From NCBI GenBank assembly GCA_038496445.1, contig JALMLS010000390.1:50653-114652 (forward strand): a DNA stretch of 64,000 bases, in the 5' to 3' direction. Source of the stretch: Trichosphaerium sp. ATCC 40318 (taxonomy: Eukaryota > Protista > Tubulinea). Positions 50,373 to 63,428 of this stretch are shown here, in pieces; the stretch's first letter is position 1, and every line of letters starts with the position of its first letter. Made by a program: the position numbers and the translations under genes. A model generated the notes under the pieces. It searched no databases. It was not told the DNA's origin and saw only the letters and a list, made by a program, of their open reading frames with translations.

Positions 50373-53300
50373 ATGAGTTCAGGCGAAAGGTAGCAATAAG
50401 CATCATGCTGTTTAAAATTTGCGATAAACTGTAGAAAACGTAAATATGTGCGTACCTCAAACAAAACAAACGGGAGAAGCTGCTCTGAAGACGATAAAAA
50501 AAATTAATGGCTAAGTAGCGTGTTAAATGTTAAGTCGCCTGAGTGTTTTCGAGGTAGCCTAAACGGAAATGAAATAGCCTTCCAATGAGGTTTGTTGATA
50601 CTTTTACGCTTGTTGCTTATATTTTTACAGCCGTTATTACGTTGCGCTAGGAAATTATGAAGCAGCTCAAAAGGGTGACCTAAGCTTCAAAAAGGGTGAT
50701 GTCATAAGGTTTATACACGATCGTGAAGTATGTGTTGCCTAAAACGAATTGTACTAACTTTTACGCAGGATCCGTGGTGGTGTGGTGAGCTTCGTGGCTC
50801 TCAGGGTGTATTTCCATCCAATTTTGTAAAAGCGTGCCAAAAACCACCTACTTTACCGCGCCGTAAGCCGTCAAACATGGGTGAACCGATACATAACGTA
50901 AACAAGCCAACAATCGGCGTTTCCAAACTGCGTATAGGCCAATCTGGTACAATCCATAAACGGCTTATCAGTTTCTTTTTTTGTCAACAACTCACCTAAT
51001 CCGAAGGAGACAACCGTCCTAAGATTGGATTCACGAGAGCTGGGGTTGCTTCCAAGCCATTATCAAGGTATCAGTCTGTGGATGTAATAAAGAAACCAAG
51101 TGTCAGACCAGGAGGAAAATTGCCAATACGAAGTCAAACAGAATCAGTGTTATCAAAGAGAAAAGCAAACTTTGTTCCTTCAGATCGTGTTACATCAACC
51201 ATGTTGAATCAGCTGGATATGGAGCTACTAGCACTTATGCCACCTGGTCTACGTAAGCGCGAAGAAGAAGCTCAACGTAAAAGAGAGCAAGAGGAGGCTA
51301 ATAGTAAGATAGTAACACAAAGTGCAACAAGCATGCCAATTGTTCGTCAAAATTTTTTTTATCTACTTGCCTTATATTCTATGTTAGGTGAGTGTTGCAC
51401 CTCCAAATACCGGACCTGCACTTCCACCACGTGGTAGACGATCTACATCATCTCCTGTTAAGCCGTTCTTACCAAAAAAGCCAAAACAACAAAGAAATCG
51501 AATGCAGAGTTCTTGTCAATCAAAAAATCAGAAAAGACAGAAACCTTTACCTGCTATCAGAAAGGAGCGTAAATTAACTTCTCCTGGTGTATCTCATCAG
51601 AATCAATCAGCTGCTAGAAAGCCTAGAGGCCATATCCAATCAGGTTTGTCTTCGACATCTTTTTTACATCATGTGCGTTTGGTCTTACTCTGTTTCTTCA
51701 GGCAATCGTCCAGCAAGAACAAGTTCAGGGAGGTTGGTAAACGTTAATGCTATATCCTTTGAACAGCAAGCACAAGAAATGAAAAGGGAGAGAGATCGTG
51801 AGTTATCAAGAGATCAACAAACTCCACCACTTCCAAGTACAGTATTGGATACAGCAAACATTGATCAAGATGAACTTGATTCTCTATACTCTGAACTATT
51901 TGGAGAAGAAGTAGAGGGTTTGACAGAGGAAGAAGCAGACTTATTACGTGTCAAAGAAGAAAAATTCCAAAAGAGAAAGAGCGCAGATGTTAAATTTGAT
52001 AATTTTTTGGAGTCGGTTTTTGTGGATTATACAAAGGATACTTCGCCCCAATCACCCTCTTATCCAAAGAGAAAGATACCAAAATCATCACCTGGAGCGA
52101 GTAAGAGTTCTGGAAAAGCGAGCAGAGTCCCAATCACACCAAAAAACTATAGTAAAACAAAACTTGCAGCTTCCCAATCTTCTTTTTCTAGATCAACTCA
52201 GAACGAAAATTCTGGTTCTGGTACGCTTTGAAAGACCTCTCAACATGTTAAATGATATTAATATTGTAAAGGACAAGACTTGTATCACCCACATGGCGCA
52301 AGAGGTGCTTCTAGACCAGGAAAGAAAATAAGCAAAAACAAAATACCAAAAAAATCGTTTGTACCAAACAGTAGACACAAACCGCAATTATCAAGTAGTA
52401 GTGGAGGTACTGAAGATTCGCGGGAAACCGCAGGTTTTTCTTCTGGGAATAAGAGAGGACAAAAACCACAAAAAAGGTATCAATGTGACCTTTGTTTTTT
52501 CTTATTTCTCAATATCTTTAAGGAAGGCGCACTCCTATGTTACTGGCGACTCTACACCTGAGAGAGCAACTTGTACAAGTAGAAGCGAAAGTACAGGTTC
52601 GTATTTTAGCCAACGATACGTTTATTGATGCTAATAGGTGGTAACAACCTTGCGTCCTTAGAAGCAGCAATGCTTGGTGAGGTAGCTACTAAAGTTGGTG
52701 CGTTTTTTACTTGCTTTAAAAAAAAGTCTGTCACGTGTTATTTTTAATTATGGTTTTTCTGTAGTTTCTAGTAAAGGAAAGACAAAAAAGATAAAAGAAC
52801 CAAAGTCACCTAAACCTTCGAAATACAAAAAGTCTACACAAAAAACACCAAAAGCTAAAGAACAAGGGACACAAAGGGAAAAGAATCGTCATAAGGAGAA
52901 GTTTAAAGTAAAACTTGGTTTTAAGAACTTTAAAAAGAGAGGCTTGGGTACACTAGCATCAGCTAGTGCAACATTGCGTACAGCAATGCGTGATACTGTT
53001 GACGAGTACGAAAAAGTTTTCTCGAACGTTTTTGTCTTGGTTGAAGCCTCCAGTCTGAGTTTCTTAACAATGCTTCCTAACTTGTATGTTGACGCTATTT
53101 ATAGGAGTGATAAACGGTATAATAGACCTGTACGTGCTTCTTATAATCCACATCATGAGAGAAAGTGTGCATGGCTTAAAATGCCTTCAACTGGATCAAA
53201 TCCAAAGGTGTCACAGTTTGCGTATGGTTTTACGAAACGCTGGATTGTTTATACCCCATTGAATAGAACTATTGCATACTGGTCTAAAAAGAAGGTACGT

Positions 53301-55414
53301 CATTTGTTCCATGGAATTACAATGCTTCTTTTGGCATAACAATTCGTTTCTGCACGTTTTTTTTGTGGTTGATTGTCTATTCGTAGGAAGAACCTTATCT
53401 CCCACCAATGGAAAGGATTGTTCTTGATAGGTACGTGAATGATAGGTATTAAACGCAAGAACTAAATTAAACGATAGGGGAATGGTATCGAGTTGCTGGA
53501 ATCCTAGAAAACTTGCTTTTAGAATTTATGCAAGCGGGCAAGAAATATATTTTGCTGCTAATTCTGAGGACGAGAAAAAGTAAGTTCAAAAATGGCTTGT
53601 TTATAAATCACGTGACTAATGGTTATTAATAGTGAGTGGATACAAACATTTTTACAAGGATTTGAGACATGGCTTGATATTTCAAGCCTGCCTTGGAGGG
53701 TGAGTAAAAAACTTTGTTTTGGTTTTATATTTTTTTTTGTTGGTGTACAATACCTCTTGTTCGTTCCTGCTTTTTGTTCTTTTTTGCTTATTTACGTAAA
53801 GGGTAAAGTTCCACCGCCTGATTTAGATCTGAAATTAGCTGAAGAAGGTTTTGGTGAAGTAGTGAGTGTACAGAGTCTTGTACATTATTTAGATAAAGGT
53901 ACTCATGTTAACTTTAACTTCTTCTCAAACTTGTTCTAGGAGCGAATCCTAATGGGTACTATAAGACTGAAGAAGGTGATTATGTAACTTTCTTGGAGCA
54001 TGCCGTTCTTTTGGAGTCTTTACGACATGTGAAGGCTTTGTTACAGTATGGTATGAGTTACACTTTTTATTTCTTTACAATGTTATTTTTATGATAAGTT
54101 TAACTTTTTACATGCTGAGTATCTTTGTAGGCGCTATTGTAAATATCAAAAATGCTGAAGGTATACCATTGTTATTACTTATAGCATATGGTCTTATCCA
54201 TGAGCGTGAGCTATCTGTTACATCAACACGAACAGTGTATTCTTGGTATGTTTGTTTAGCAAAAAAACACTTTCAACTTGTGTTGTTTTATGGTCTTACA
54301 GTTTTTAAGGTGGGAAATATTTGTGCTTCTTATTGAATCTGGTGCTGATATGAAAGCGCAGTCAACTGAAGGTATGTTTATTTTAGTTTATCCATGGTGA
54401 CCTGTAAAGATTTAATGTTTTTTATCAGGCATGAATTTATTACATCTTTTACCTATTGTAAAAAGAAAGTTTGGTGACTTTTACGCTGATGAAAAAACTC
54501 GTATTGATAAAATGATAACATCATTGATAAAACAAGGTGTAGATACAAATAGTTATAGTGAAAAATTAGGTACTACTTACGAGAGATTTTCTTAAAATTA
54601 AGGCGAAGAAGTTAACAAGTATTTTTTTTTAGAAGCAACAGCTTTTCAAGTTCTGTGCAAGGAAGGTGATATGCAACATGTTGACCTCATTGTAAAAGCA
54701 AGTACGTAATGACTGGCCACCAATAACATTGGTGTTGTTGTGTTTAAGTAATATAACTTGTATTGTAGTTGGTTGTAACTATGGCGGTGCCATACAAGCA
54801 GCAATAATGGGTGATAAAGTTGAAATGTTGGATTACTTAATAAGTAATAAACTAGTTGACCTGGGCAATATACCTGCATTGCTTGGTACTGCAATTAACC
54901 CAGATACATTATCTAGAGTAGTAGAAAAGCTAAACTTGAGTGATAAAGCTAATGAACAAGACGACTTGGGTATTCGTTTTTTTTTTGTTTATTCTTTTTT
55001 TTTTCTTACTTTTTTCCTTCCAGGTAATACCTCACTCCATTATGCTGTCTTTGCACCTGGAGCACTGTGTGTAGAGTATATTGTTAATACATTAAACGCT
55101 AACGTTAATATACGTAATGTTATGGGGTTTACACCCTATGAAGCCGCACGTCGAGAGCATAAAAAAGCTAAAAGCTCTCTTGATGATGCTTCTTGGTCAA
55201 ATGTCTTCAAATATGCGTCACCAGAGGAGTTATAGTTATATGCATAATATATTGCATTGACCTAAAGTAATTAGATATTCAACTGCATACTTTGTGGTTG
55301 ATATTCTTCGGAAGAACTCAGGTTCTTCTTATGTACAAAAAAAATGTAAAACTACAAGGTTGAAGACTGTAAATAAAAAAGAATCAAACCAAAAAACTAT
55401 ATCATGTCACGTGA
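50373..55414 (+). CDS. SH3 - Pro/Ser-rich - PH - ankyrin repeat protein
   Basis: SH3: YYVALGNYEAAQKGDLSFKKGDVI..WWCGELRGSQGVFPSNFV. PxxP motifs. PH: KCAWLKM..TKRWIV..IAYW..KGL..FRIY..IYFAANSEDEK-EWIQ. Ankyrin: GANPN, GAIVN, GADMK, GNTSLHYAV, ANVNIRNVMGFTPYE. The stop is either 55235 or about 55414. Confidence 0.85.
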
Positions 55415-55734
55415 CCCGACATTAACAGTGGCGAATTAATAGTAAATGTCCATGTTACAATATGTACAAAATCGACCTGCCTAAAAGTTACAGCGAATTC
55501 GGTTTAGAGGAGCAAAATTTGTAGTTGAACTCTAAAACACGTGCTTCGTTAATAATGCACAATGGCGGGAACCGATATGGAATTCGAAATTCGAGTAACT
55601 TGGGACGTCACTTAGCATTAAAAAAGATAGAAGGGCAGCTAAAACAAACATTTGTTTTTACAATACTTTTACAAACGAGGCTGTGGTAATAAATGGAGAA
55701 TGAGAGTAGAAAACTATTAGTGTATTGTTGGTAA

Positions 55735-57060
55735 TTAATATGTTTCCTTGTATAAAAGCTCAGGTACACCAGACAACACTTTGACACCTTCATCAGTTAT
55801 CAAGTCGCAACAATACAATTCGATAGTATGTACACCTGTCAATGCCTTCAAACCTCTATCTGTTATATTGGCACAGTACTTCAAATTTATAGCATATACA
55901 TTGTACATTGCCTTGATGCCTTCATCTGTAACATATGTCTCTTCTAAACTAATTGTGTGTACACCAGATAAAGCTTTGATACCTTCATCAGTAATCGATT
56001 CACAACAATCCAATATGATAGTATGTACACCTACCAACGCCTTCAAACCTTCATCAGTAACACGTGTACCTGACAAATCGATTGTGTGCACATTAGATAG
56101 TGCTTTGATCCCTTCATCTGTCACAGAGGAATATGCTAAATTAATTGTGTGTGCACCAGATAAAGCCTTGACACCTTCATCTGTTATCGAATCACAACTA
56201 TACAATTCTATAGTATGTACACCTTTCAATGCCTTCAAACCTTCATCAGTTACACATGTACTTGTCAAATTAATTGTATGTACACCAGACAACACTTTGA
56301 TGCCTTCGTCAGTTACAAGTCCACAACTATCCAAGTTGATAGTGTGTACGCCCTTCAATGCCTTTATACCTTCATCTGTCACTTGAGCACCTTTCAAATT
56401 AATTGTGTGTACACCAGATAAAGCTCTGACACCTTCATCTGTTATCAAATCACAACAATCCAAGTAGATAGTATGTACACCTTTCAATGCCTTTAAACCT
56501 TTATCTGTTACCTTTGTATGTGATAAATTGATCTCATGTACTCCAGATAATGCCTTGATACCATCATCTGTTATTTCCTTGCAACCATACAAGTTAATAC
56601 AATGTACACCATTCAATGCCTTCAAATCTTCATCTGATACATGTGTTACCGATAACTCGATCTCATGAACACCAGCCAATACATGTATACCTGTATCTCT
56701 TCTCTTTTGGAAAGATGTAAGATCGACAGTGCGCGCACCTTTGATCTTGAGCAAGTGCTTATCATTAGCTCCTTTTAAGTACCTCAGCGAAATACGCGTA
56801 TTTTGGAGCAAAGGGCTGCCCGAAAGCAATGTTAGTTCGTTTTCATGCCTTACGTAAATACAACCGTATCCAACGTGGTGGTGAACAACATCACGCATCA
56901 TACGGCATGTTTGAGCTGTTTTAAGCGTAAAAGTACCACATTTCAAAATAAATACGACTATTTCGATTGGTAGTGCAGCAAGACTAAATGTTTGCGGTTC
57001 TATCACGTTTGTCAGTGTTTGTTGCTTTTCAGCTTTGGAGGCGTCCTTGTTTTGTTCCAT
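55735..57060 (-). CDS. Intronless F-box + LRR protein (alternating 24/25-aa repeats)
   Basis: LAALPIEIVVFIL..TCR (F-box), followed by about 13 repeats alternating GVHTINLxxxxVTDEGLKAL and GVHTIxLxxCxxITDEGIKAL (147-bp super-period). Confidence 0.9.
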   Translation of the reverse strand: MEQNKDASKAEKQQTLTNVIEPQTFSLAALPIEIVVFILKCGTFTLKTAQTCRMMRDVVHHHVGYGCIYVRHENELTLLSGSPLLQNTRISLRYLKGANDKHLLKIKGARTVDLTSFQKRRDTGIHVLAGVHEIELSVTHVSDEDLKALNGVHCINLYGCKEITDDGIKALSGVHEINLSHTKVTDKGLKALKGVHTIYLDCCDLITDEGVRALSGVHTINLKGAQVTDEGIKALKGVHTINLDSCGLVTDEGIKVLSGVHTINLTSTCVTDEGLKALKGVHTIELYSCDSITDEGVKALSGAHTINLAYSSVTDEGIKALSNVHTIDLSGTRVTDEGLKALVGVHTIILDCCESITDEGIKALSGVHTISLEETYVTDEGIKAMYNVYAINLKYCANITDRGLKALTGVHTIELYCCDLITDEGVKVLSGVPELLYKETY

Positions 57061-57379
57061 AATTAATTGCGCTTAATGTATTATAACGTTGAAGGTATGT
57101 GATACGTAAGGACCGGATTTGAAGCTACAACATGTTCGTAAAAATTACGACAGCACTTTACACCCAAAGTCCAAATAATTTTTCACCCAAAATCCAACAC
57201 ATTGCTACACAATAAGACGGTTTTGCTGGAACTCTGTTCTTACTACATTATTTCCTGAGCTATTTAATGTATTTACCATAAGTTTGATAGCGAACCTAAA
57301 GCAACAAACCGGACTAAAACACATCCATCACAAAGTTAAAAAACCAAAAACAAGCTAAGGGAAAACATAGCAGTTTTAT

Positions 57380-58528
57380 TTATGCCAGTTGCATACTTTT
57401 CCACCAACCGCTATTGTTCAGTGCTAGTATTCTATAGCGGCGTTCGTCATAAGATTCAACTTTTACATAGTGATCTCTCCAAGCGATATTCCAGCCAGCA
57501 ATCTTACCATCTCCGTTATTCGTTGCTACTTGGGTCCACTGGTTGTTTACTAGTTTGAGTGTTTGGGAATTACCACGTAGATTAATTGCGAGCAAGTGCT
57601 GAGGATCTGTTCCGCCTACTGGTTGAACCAAGTCGAATTTTCCTGTAAGAAATCTATTGTAAGGACCGATTGTCCATGTGCCTACTTTGCCGTTTGAGCC
57701 GCCTTCAATGAACTGGAAGGTATTCGTTGCTGGGTCTAATTTCATGAGGTGATGCCATCCGTTTGGATTAATACAAAGAAGGAGATCATGTGATCGTGTT
57801 TCGAATCCACCAACAATGCACTTGTCATACGACAGATTAATAACCCACCAGTTTATCAGTCCGTTGCTTGAGCTCGAGAGAATATCCCAGTTGTTTGTTA
57901 CCGCGTTGAATGTCATTACGTAGTACCCAGTTGACTTGATCAATACAACATACTCTTTTTTTTGTACTAGAGTGTGGTCAAAGTAGCCAGCGAGGAGTTT
58001 GTCAGTGGCTTGAACATTTGCGTTCGAAGCGTACTGGAGTGTTACGAAGTTGAAGATGTAGTTAAGCATCCCGTTGTTATCGTCTATTGTAAGGTCTAGT
58101 TCAAACGTAGCATAGCGACCATCGGGGTTTGAAATGAGCAAATCTTTTGCAAGCCATCCTCTGAACCTTCCTGAAACATATTGATCGGTAGAAGACGTAT
58201 ACCAGGTTCCAATTGTACGTCCGCCTTTTGCTTGATATCTCCAATTGCGGTCCCTGTCTAACCACGCTAGCATCCACTTCTGGCCGGGTTTGATAAAGAG
58301 AGTGAAAGAGGCTACTTGGATATGCCCCAAATATTCCATCGGTATGAATTTGTCTCCAGGTTGGATTATCCACGATTCAACTGTGAAGGGACCTGAGGAG
58401 TGGAACATGTGGTCATATCTCTTTGCAGTGATATGGGTAGGCGCTGAATTTTCAGCGTAGGGAGTCCAGTACGCATGTACTATGCCGAAAATAACAAGGG
58501 ATAGGAAGATAAAGCGAATTGTTGCCAT
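57380..58528 (-). CDS. Intronless secreted protein with about 6 Trp-rich 50-aa repeats (probable beta-propeller, FG-GAP-like)
   Basis: Signal peptide MATIRFIFLSLVIFGIVHA. Repeats of G.I..W.I...D....G.F......LL..N..G. Confidence 0.75.
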   Translation of the reverse strand: MATIRFIFLSLVIFGIVHAYWTPYAENSAPTHITAKRYDHMFHSSGPFTVESWIIQPGDKFIPMEYLGHIQVASFTLFIKPGQKWMLAWLDRDRNWRYQAKGGRTIGTWYTSSTDQYVSGRFRGWLAKDLLISNPDGRYATFELDLTIDDNNGMLNYIFNFVTLQYASNANVQATDKLLAGYFDHTLVQKKEYVVLIKSTGYYVMTFNAVTNNWDILSSSSNGLINWWVINLSYDKCIVGGFETRSHDLLLCINPNGWHHLMKLDPATNTFQFIEGGSNGKVGTWTIGPYNRFLTGKFDLVQPVGGTDPQHLLAINLRGNSQTLKLVNNQWTQVATNNGDGKIAGWNIAWRDHYVKVESYDERRYRILALNNSGWWKSMQLA

Positions 58529-59276
58529 CAAGTTACCTTAGGTTTTTTTTGTCTTCCTGAATTCTTACGGAATTTTAAAAAAAGTGCACATCTCAGTTTG
58601 TACATTAAACTTATTTAGGATCCTTAGATCAATGGATTTATGGGGTTGACGGAAGGGCCTATGTACATTTTTTTTGCGTTCAACATTGAACTCCTGAAAG
58701 GAACCCCAAATTTTGGCTAAAACTTTCACATGAAACCAACCCATTTCAAATGTTTGTCAACTGCGGTATGTTCTAAGCTGCTTGACACAGAACCAAATTA
58801 GCCTTTACACCTTGTTAGATGTCGCGCACATTAGGCTTTCAGGGTAAGCACATTATTTGTTGAATCACCAATACCGATAGAATAGAATATTCAACGGTGT
58901 TAAAACGAAACAATGTCAGGATACTCTTCGCTATTTCCAATTCATGTTTCATTTTGTCACTTTGTACAGTCATCAACTCACAAGACGTATATTTGTGGGA
59001 AGTCTGGCTTACAACACTAGGCGGTCAAGACGGTGCAACTTACAATTCATCCTTTTTTCTTTTTGCGAACAAAGATAAATATTAAAAAGACTAGAATTAT
59101 TTTTTAAGATGGCCAGGTTTATTAGTTACGTTTACAAAGAAGATAAGCTTCTATGGCGAGGTTATGGAAAGGGAGGTGGTGGTAAAAGAGTAACCAGAGT
59201 GTGAGAGGTCAAGAGAGAAAGAAATAAGACAAGAGAGTGAGAACTCATCAGTTTTTTATTTATTTGGTTTTTTTTT

Positions 59277-61114
59277 TCAGAAAAAGAACGGTTTAGCGTC
59301 AACTACTGAGTTAAATTGACTCTTTTCATCAATTTGTATTGGTGATGGAGTAAAAGTAAACTTAGATTTGAATTTTAAAGCACCGTCTTTAAAATCAACT
59401 TGATTTGTCACATTCCCTTTTACGTCATACTGTGTTTCAAATCCGTGTCTTAAACCACCTTTATATTCAACATCCATCTTCACACTTCCGTCAGGATAAA
59501 ACTCCTTATAAACGCCACATCGTGCACCATCTTTCATAAAACATTCTGACAAAAGGATACCATTATCATCAACTGTTGACGCTTTACCATTCTCTTTCCC
59601 ATCAACATAATTAGTAATGTAATATGTTTTTCCCTCGTCTTTACTCATTTTTGAAGAGCCTACAGGCTTACCTTCCTTAAACGTACTTGAGTTAATCAAA
59701 GTACCATTTGGTAGCCATTTTTGATAAGGCCCATTTTTTTTCCTATTCTCAAAGTGGTTTTTCTCCTTTAGGGAACCGTTTAAGTAGTATTTTGTTTCTT
59801 CTCCATGTTTGATTCCTTCATCATTATAGGTTGTGTCGATAAATAAATTACCAGTTGGAAACCATTGTCTGTAGCGACCAATAATTTTGTCACTTTTTCT
59901 TGTTGTGTCTACTTGCAATTTACCTGATGTGTCCCATTCTTTGTAACGGCCATCAAGAACACCTACATAAAATTCCGTTAAGCTACTGAATATATTTGTA
60001 TTTGGAAAATAATCACGTGTTTTCAGATGAGCAAAACAACAAACAGTAGCTAAGAAACTACAACACAATTTCTAAAAACAAAGATAAAACTAGAAGCATA
60101 CCTTCTTTGTATTGATGATGAATAATCATCTGTCCTGTCTTTGACCATACTTTATAGTCTCCGTGTTTGAGGTTATGTTTATAATGAGATAGCAATTGGA
60201 TTTGACCGTCCTGAAAAAACTGCTTTGCTTCTCCTTCTAAATGACCATCAATATAGTTTTTGTGTTCATCGATTGAGCCATTTAAGTGATACTTCTTATG
60301 CTCTCCATTAGGTACTCCGTCTATATAATTATATTCACGGGATAACATCCCTGATACTTTGAAATAGTACTTTGAAGTTCCCTGAAGTAAACCTTCCTTG
60401 AACAGTTTTTCTGAAGTGAGTTGTCCCGTATCAAACCATGTCTTTTCAAGCCCATCCTTTTTGCCTTTCTTGTAGTGACACTCTACCTCGGGTTGACCGT
60501 TACTATGCCACGCTTTATGACATTGTATAACTTTATTACCATTGAAGGAACTATAAGTCATATGCCTCTTTAGTTTCCCATCTGAGTACCATTGCTTGAC
60601 ATCTGAAGGTTGTTTATGATATATAAGTGTATCATGTAGATATTTCTTACAGTCTTGCACAACACCATCTTTGTATTGGGTTATACAAGACTTACCATTT
60701 AAAGGATACTCAAATTCTACTTGTTCTCCATGTTTAAGTCCGTTTTTGTAGTTCGCTTTAAAGGTAAGTTTGTCTGTTTTACCTGGGCTGTACCAAAGAG
60801 AATATTTTCGTAGTTCTCCTTCCAATTTACCATTCTCATAAGATGCTGTAATGCGAACTGCCTTATTATCATTTGTTTTGAAGATGAACGACCCATGTCG
60901 TTCCAAGTTGTTGTTAAAGCGAGATGTCACTGCTGTTTGATAGCATAATAATGGCCATACCTCTTGGACAGCATAGTCTATATTACGTATAGCGTAGTGT
61001 AGCTCAATAGGTAGATTGAGTAACGTCAACGAACTATTTTGGAAAAAGCCGTTAGAAACGTTATTTACGCTTTAAATTGAACCTTGTCGTTGACGCTGAG
61101 TCTTCGGAAGACAT
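59277..61114 (-). CDS. F-box-like + MORN-variant (MORN_2/YwqK-like) repeat protein, 3 exons
   Basis: MSSEDSASTT-SSLTLLNLPIELHYAI, then about 18 repeats of YKxGxxxGxxKxWxxxG. The two track ORFs are joined by an intron of about 59964-60100 (GTATGC...ATGTAG). Confidence 0.85.
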
Positions 61115-62632
61115 TGAAGCAGTTTACGTTAAATAATATATCAATACCGTGTGGAGGTACGTCTCCAAAGTACCAAACAATTAGCGTGGTAAATATGTTG
61201 CGACACAACTGTTTCTGCGAAAAAAGCTGTTAACACTTAAACATAGTTAAGTGTTGGCAGAATTCTTCAAATTATTTTTTCCACAGCTGTCATGGATGTT
61301 GTTGCTGTACGGATCATATTGTAACCGTGTTTAGTTTCAAATAGTGTATTGCTCTGATTTTGATTGATTCTGTGTCAAACTCGCTGTCTTAGCATGAATT
61401 CAACATGGTAATTCATTGTTGTGTTTATATCACGTGACTTGAAAAAAAAAAGTTTTTGCTCTTTATGCCGAAGCAGTTTAACTGATTCGCTGTAAATGAC
61501 CTAGCACGTAAGCAATGCCACAGTCCTTTTTTGGAGTTACACAAAACCTTTATTTATTGGGTTGATAGTGGTATCCATGTCATACATCCTGCGGTTATGT
61601 ATAGTTTGCAACAACTAAGTTAGTGTTCTCCGTAAGCGCTACAAAATAGAAAAAGAATGGTATTATTGTGATACCAAGTATAGACGTCTTAACATTGTCG
61701 CCACATTCTTCTGTTGGACAATCAGTGAATAGAAAACTCAAGCATTGAAGCTATAAGGCGTAAAAGGTCCAGAAAGGATGCAGAACCTTTACGCAAACAA
61801 CAGACCGCTATCTACTTTGATGCTGAATGTACTCATAGACCTTTGCAAAGAACTATTCTATAGTTTTACTTAGTTTCTGAAGCTCACATTAAACGATTCA
61901 TACCACATTGGTTCCTGCTAGCTAACTTGGGTTCGTTTCCTTTCATCATCAGCTTGTATCTACATTTTAATATCTCTCGCCTACAGCCAATCTACTATTT
62001 GGTACTCACATGATCCCTTGCAACATTTAGCTCTTAACAACCGCCTCCCTTTGTACGCACTAATATGTCTATCCCGAATGTAGTTTTAATGGCAAAGAAC
62101 TTGATTAGGTATTCTCCAATGACCACATAGTGCTGTGCTATTGATCCTCATAATAAACATGAACCTAGAAAATCGAATTAAAGAAATAATTGTTTAATGC
62201 AGCTTTACGCTTACATCACGTGCTCAACTCAATTGGCAGGTTGTTTTATCTGAAACCTACAGATAATACGTGGCCGTTTCACAATCAGAAGCTAGCACCT
62301 GTGTAAATTGCTACTTCATAATCTCCAAAGCGGTGGCTCTACAAAGATGTAAATCCTCCCCTCTTTTTTGGGGTTCGTAGTTTAAAGTGGTTTCAGCTAA
62401 CAAATAAAAAAGCGAGAAATCTAGTGAAAGTGATAAAATCGTGTCTGACCCAAGTCGCCAAAAACTAGGCACGTGCGGGGAAAATATGTGAACTTGCGAT
62501 GACTAGGAACTACTATGGAGATTCACAATGTCATTTACAACTGACTTTTTTAACCTGGTTTTTACGAGAATAACACCTCACATTGTAATCATTGAGTCTG
62601 TCAAGGAAGCTTTTCCGTTCTATGTAATACCA

Positions 62633-63225
62633 ATGTATCACTTATCGCTACTACTTTCCCTTCTTTTTGCTATGATAGTCATTTCCGTTGTATTCTTTAG
62701 TATGGTAACAAAAGCAACCGTAAAAAGGAGTTAACGTTGAATTTACTCTTTACATAGTGCCAAGAAACTAGTAATCCTTGTATAGATGACTGTCTGGCTA
62801 TCCTTGATTCTGGAACTGTTGGTGCTCAAAGAAAAACATTTCGCAGCGTGTGCTTTGTTGCTTGTAGCCAAGACGAAACAGATAAGCCTACAGATACACC
62901 AAGTGATCAACCAAACAATGTGGGAGAATCCGAAGACCCAGATATCAGCTGTTTCGTCAGGTGCCGACACACGTTCCAAACGTGTTTCGCATCAACTACC
63001 GACAATGAAAGAAAACAATGTTTACGCGATTTCAAAGGTTGCGAGCAAGACTGTGACTCACAATCGACGCAATATCATACTTCAGACCCTTCATTCAAAC
63101 AAGCTTGTACTGGAGAGCACAGAGATTGTAGCGGAGATATTCAAGAATGCAAGGACACCCTGCAAATATGTCATACAGATCAGCGGGATGAAATCTCAGC
63201 CAACCAAAGAACATCTGTGAAATGA
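62633..63225 (+). CDS. Small secreted Cys-rich helical protein
   Basis: Hydrophobic leader MYHLSLLLSLLFAMIVISVVFF, one intron, then CIDDC, CFVAC, CFVRCRHTFQTC, CLRDFKGCEQDC, CTGEHRDC..CKDTLQIC. Confidence 0.65.
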
Positions 63226-63428
63226 TCATGGGTTTAATTATTTGTTTTTGCTAAATAAACATGCTAAATTTATTGCCCTTCCTAGTCAATGAATAGAGAT
63301 GATCCGTAACTACGTTTGTTTATAATATTATCAAACAACCAGTACTTTCGAATATTTCGTTAAAATATGCGAAAATTCGCTACAATTGTTTTTCCGTATT
63401 TGCTCAAAGGTCCAAAAGGTACAGTACA

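Noticed and set aside
55748-56421. Plus-strand repeat ORFs (212 aa and 68 aa)
   Set aside because: Antisense shadows of the LRR gene.
59277-61029. Toxin-antitoxin (YwqK) pair of two ORFs
   Set aside because: The two ORFs are exons of one gene joined by a GT-AG intron, and no toxin gene is present.
55735-61114. Endogenous giant virus or prophage
   Set aside because: No capsid, polymerase, packaging ATPase or integrase gene. The MORN gene has spliceosomal introns. Kept only as a gene-family resemblance.
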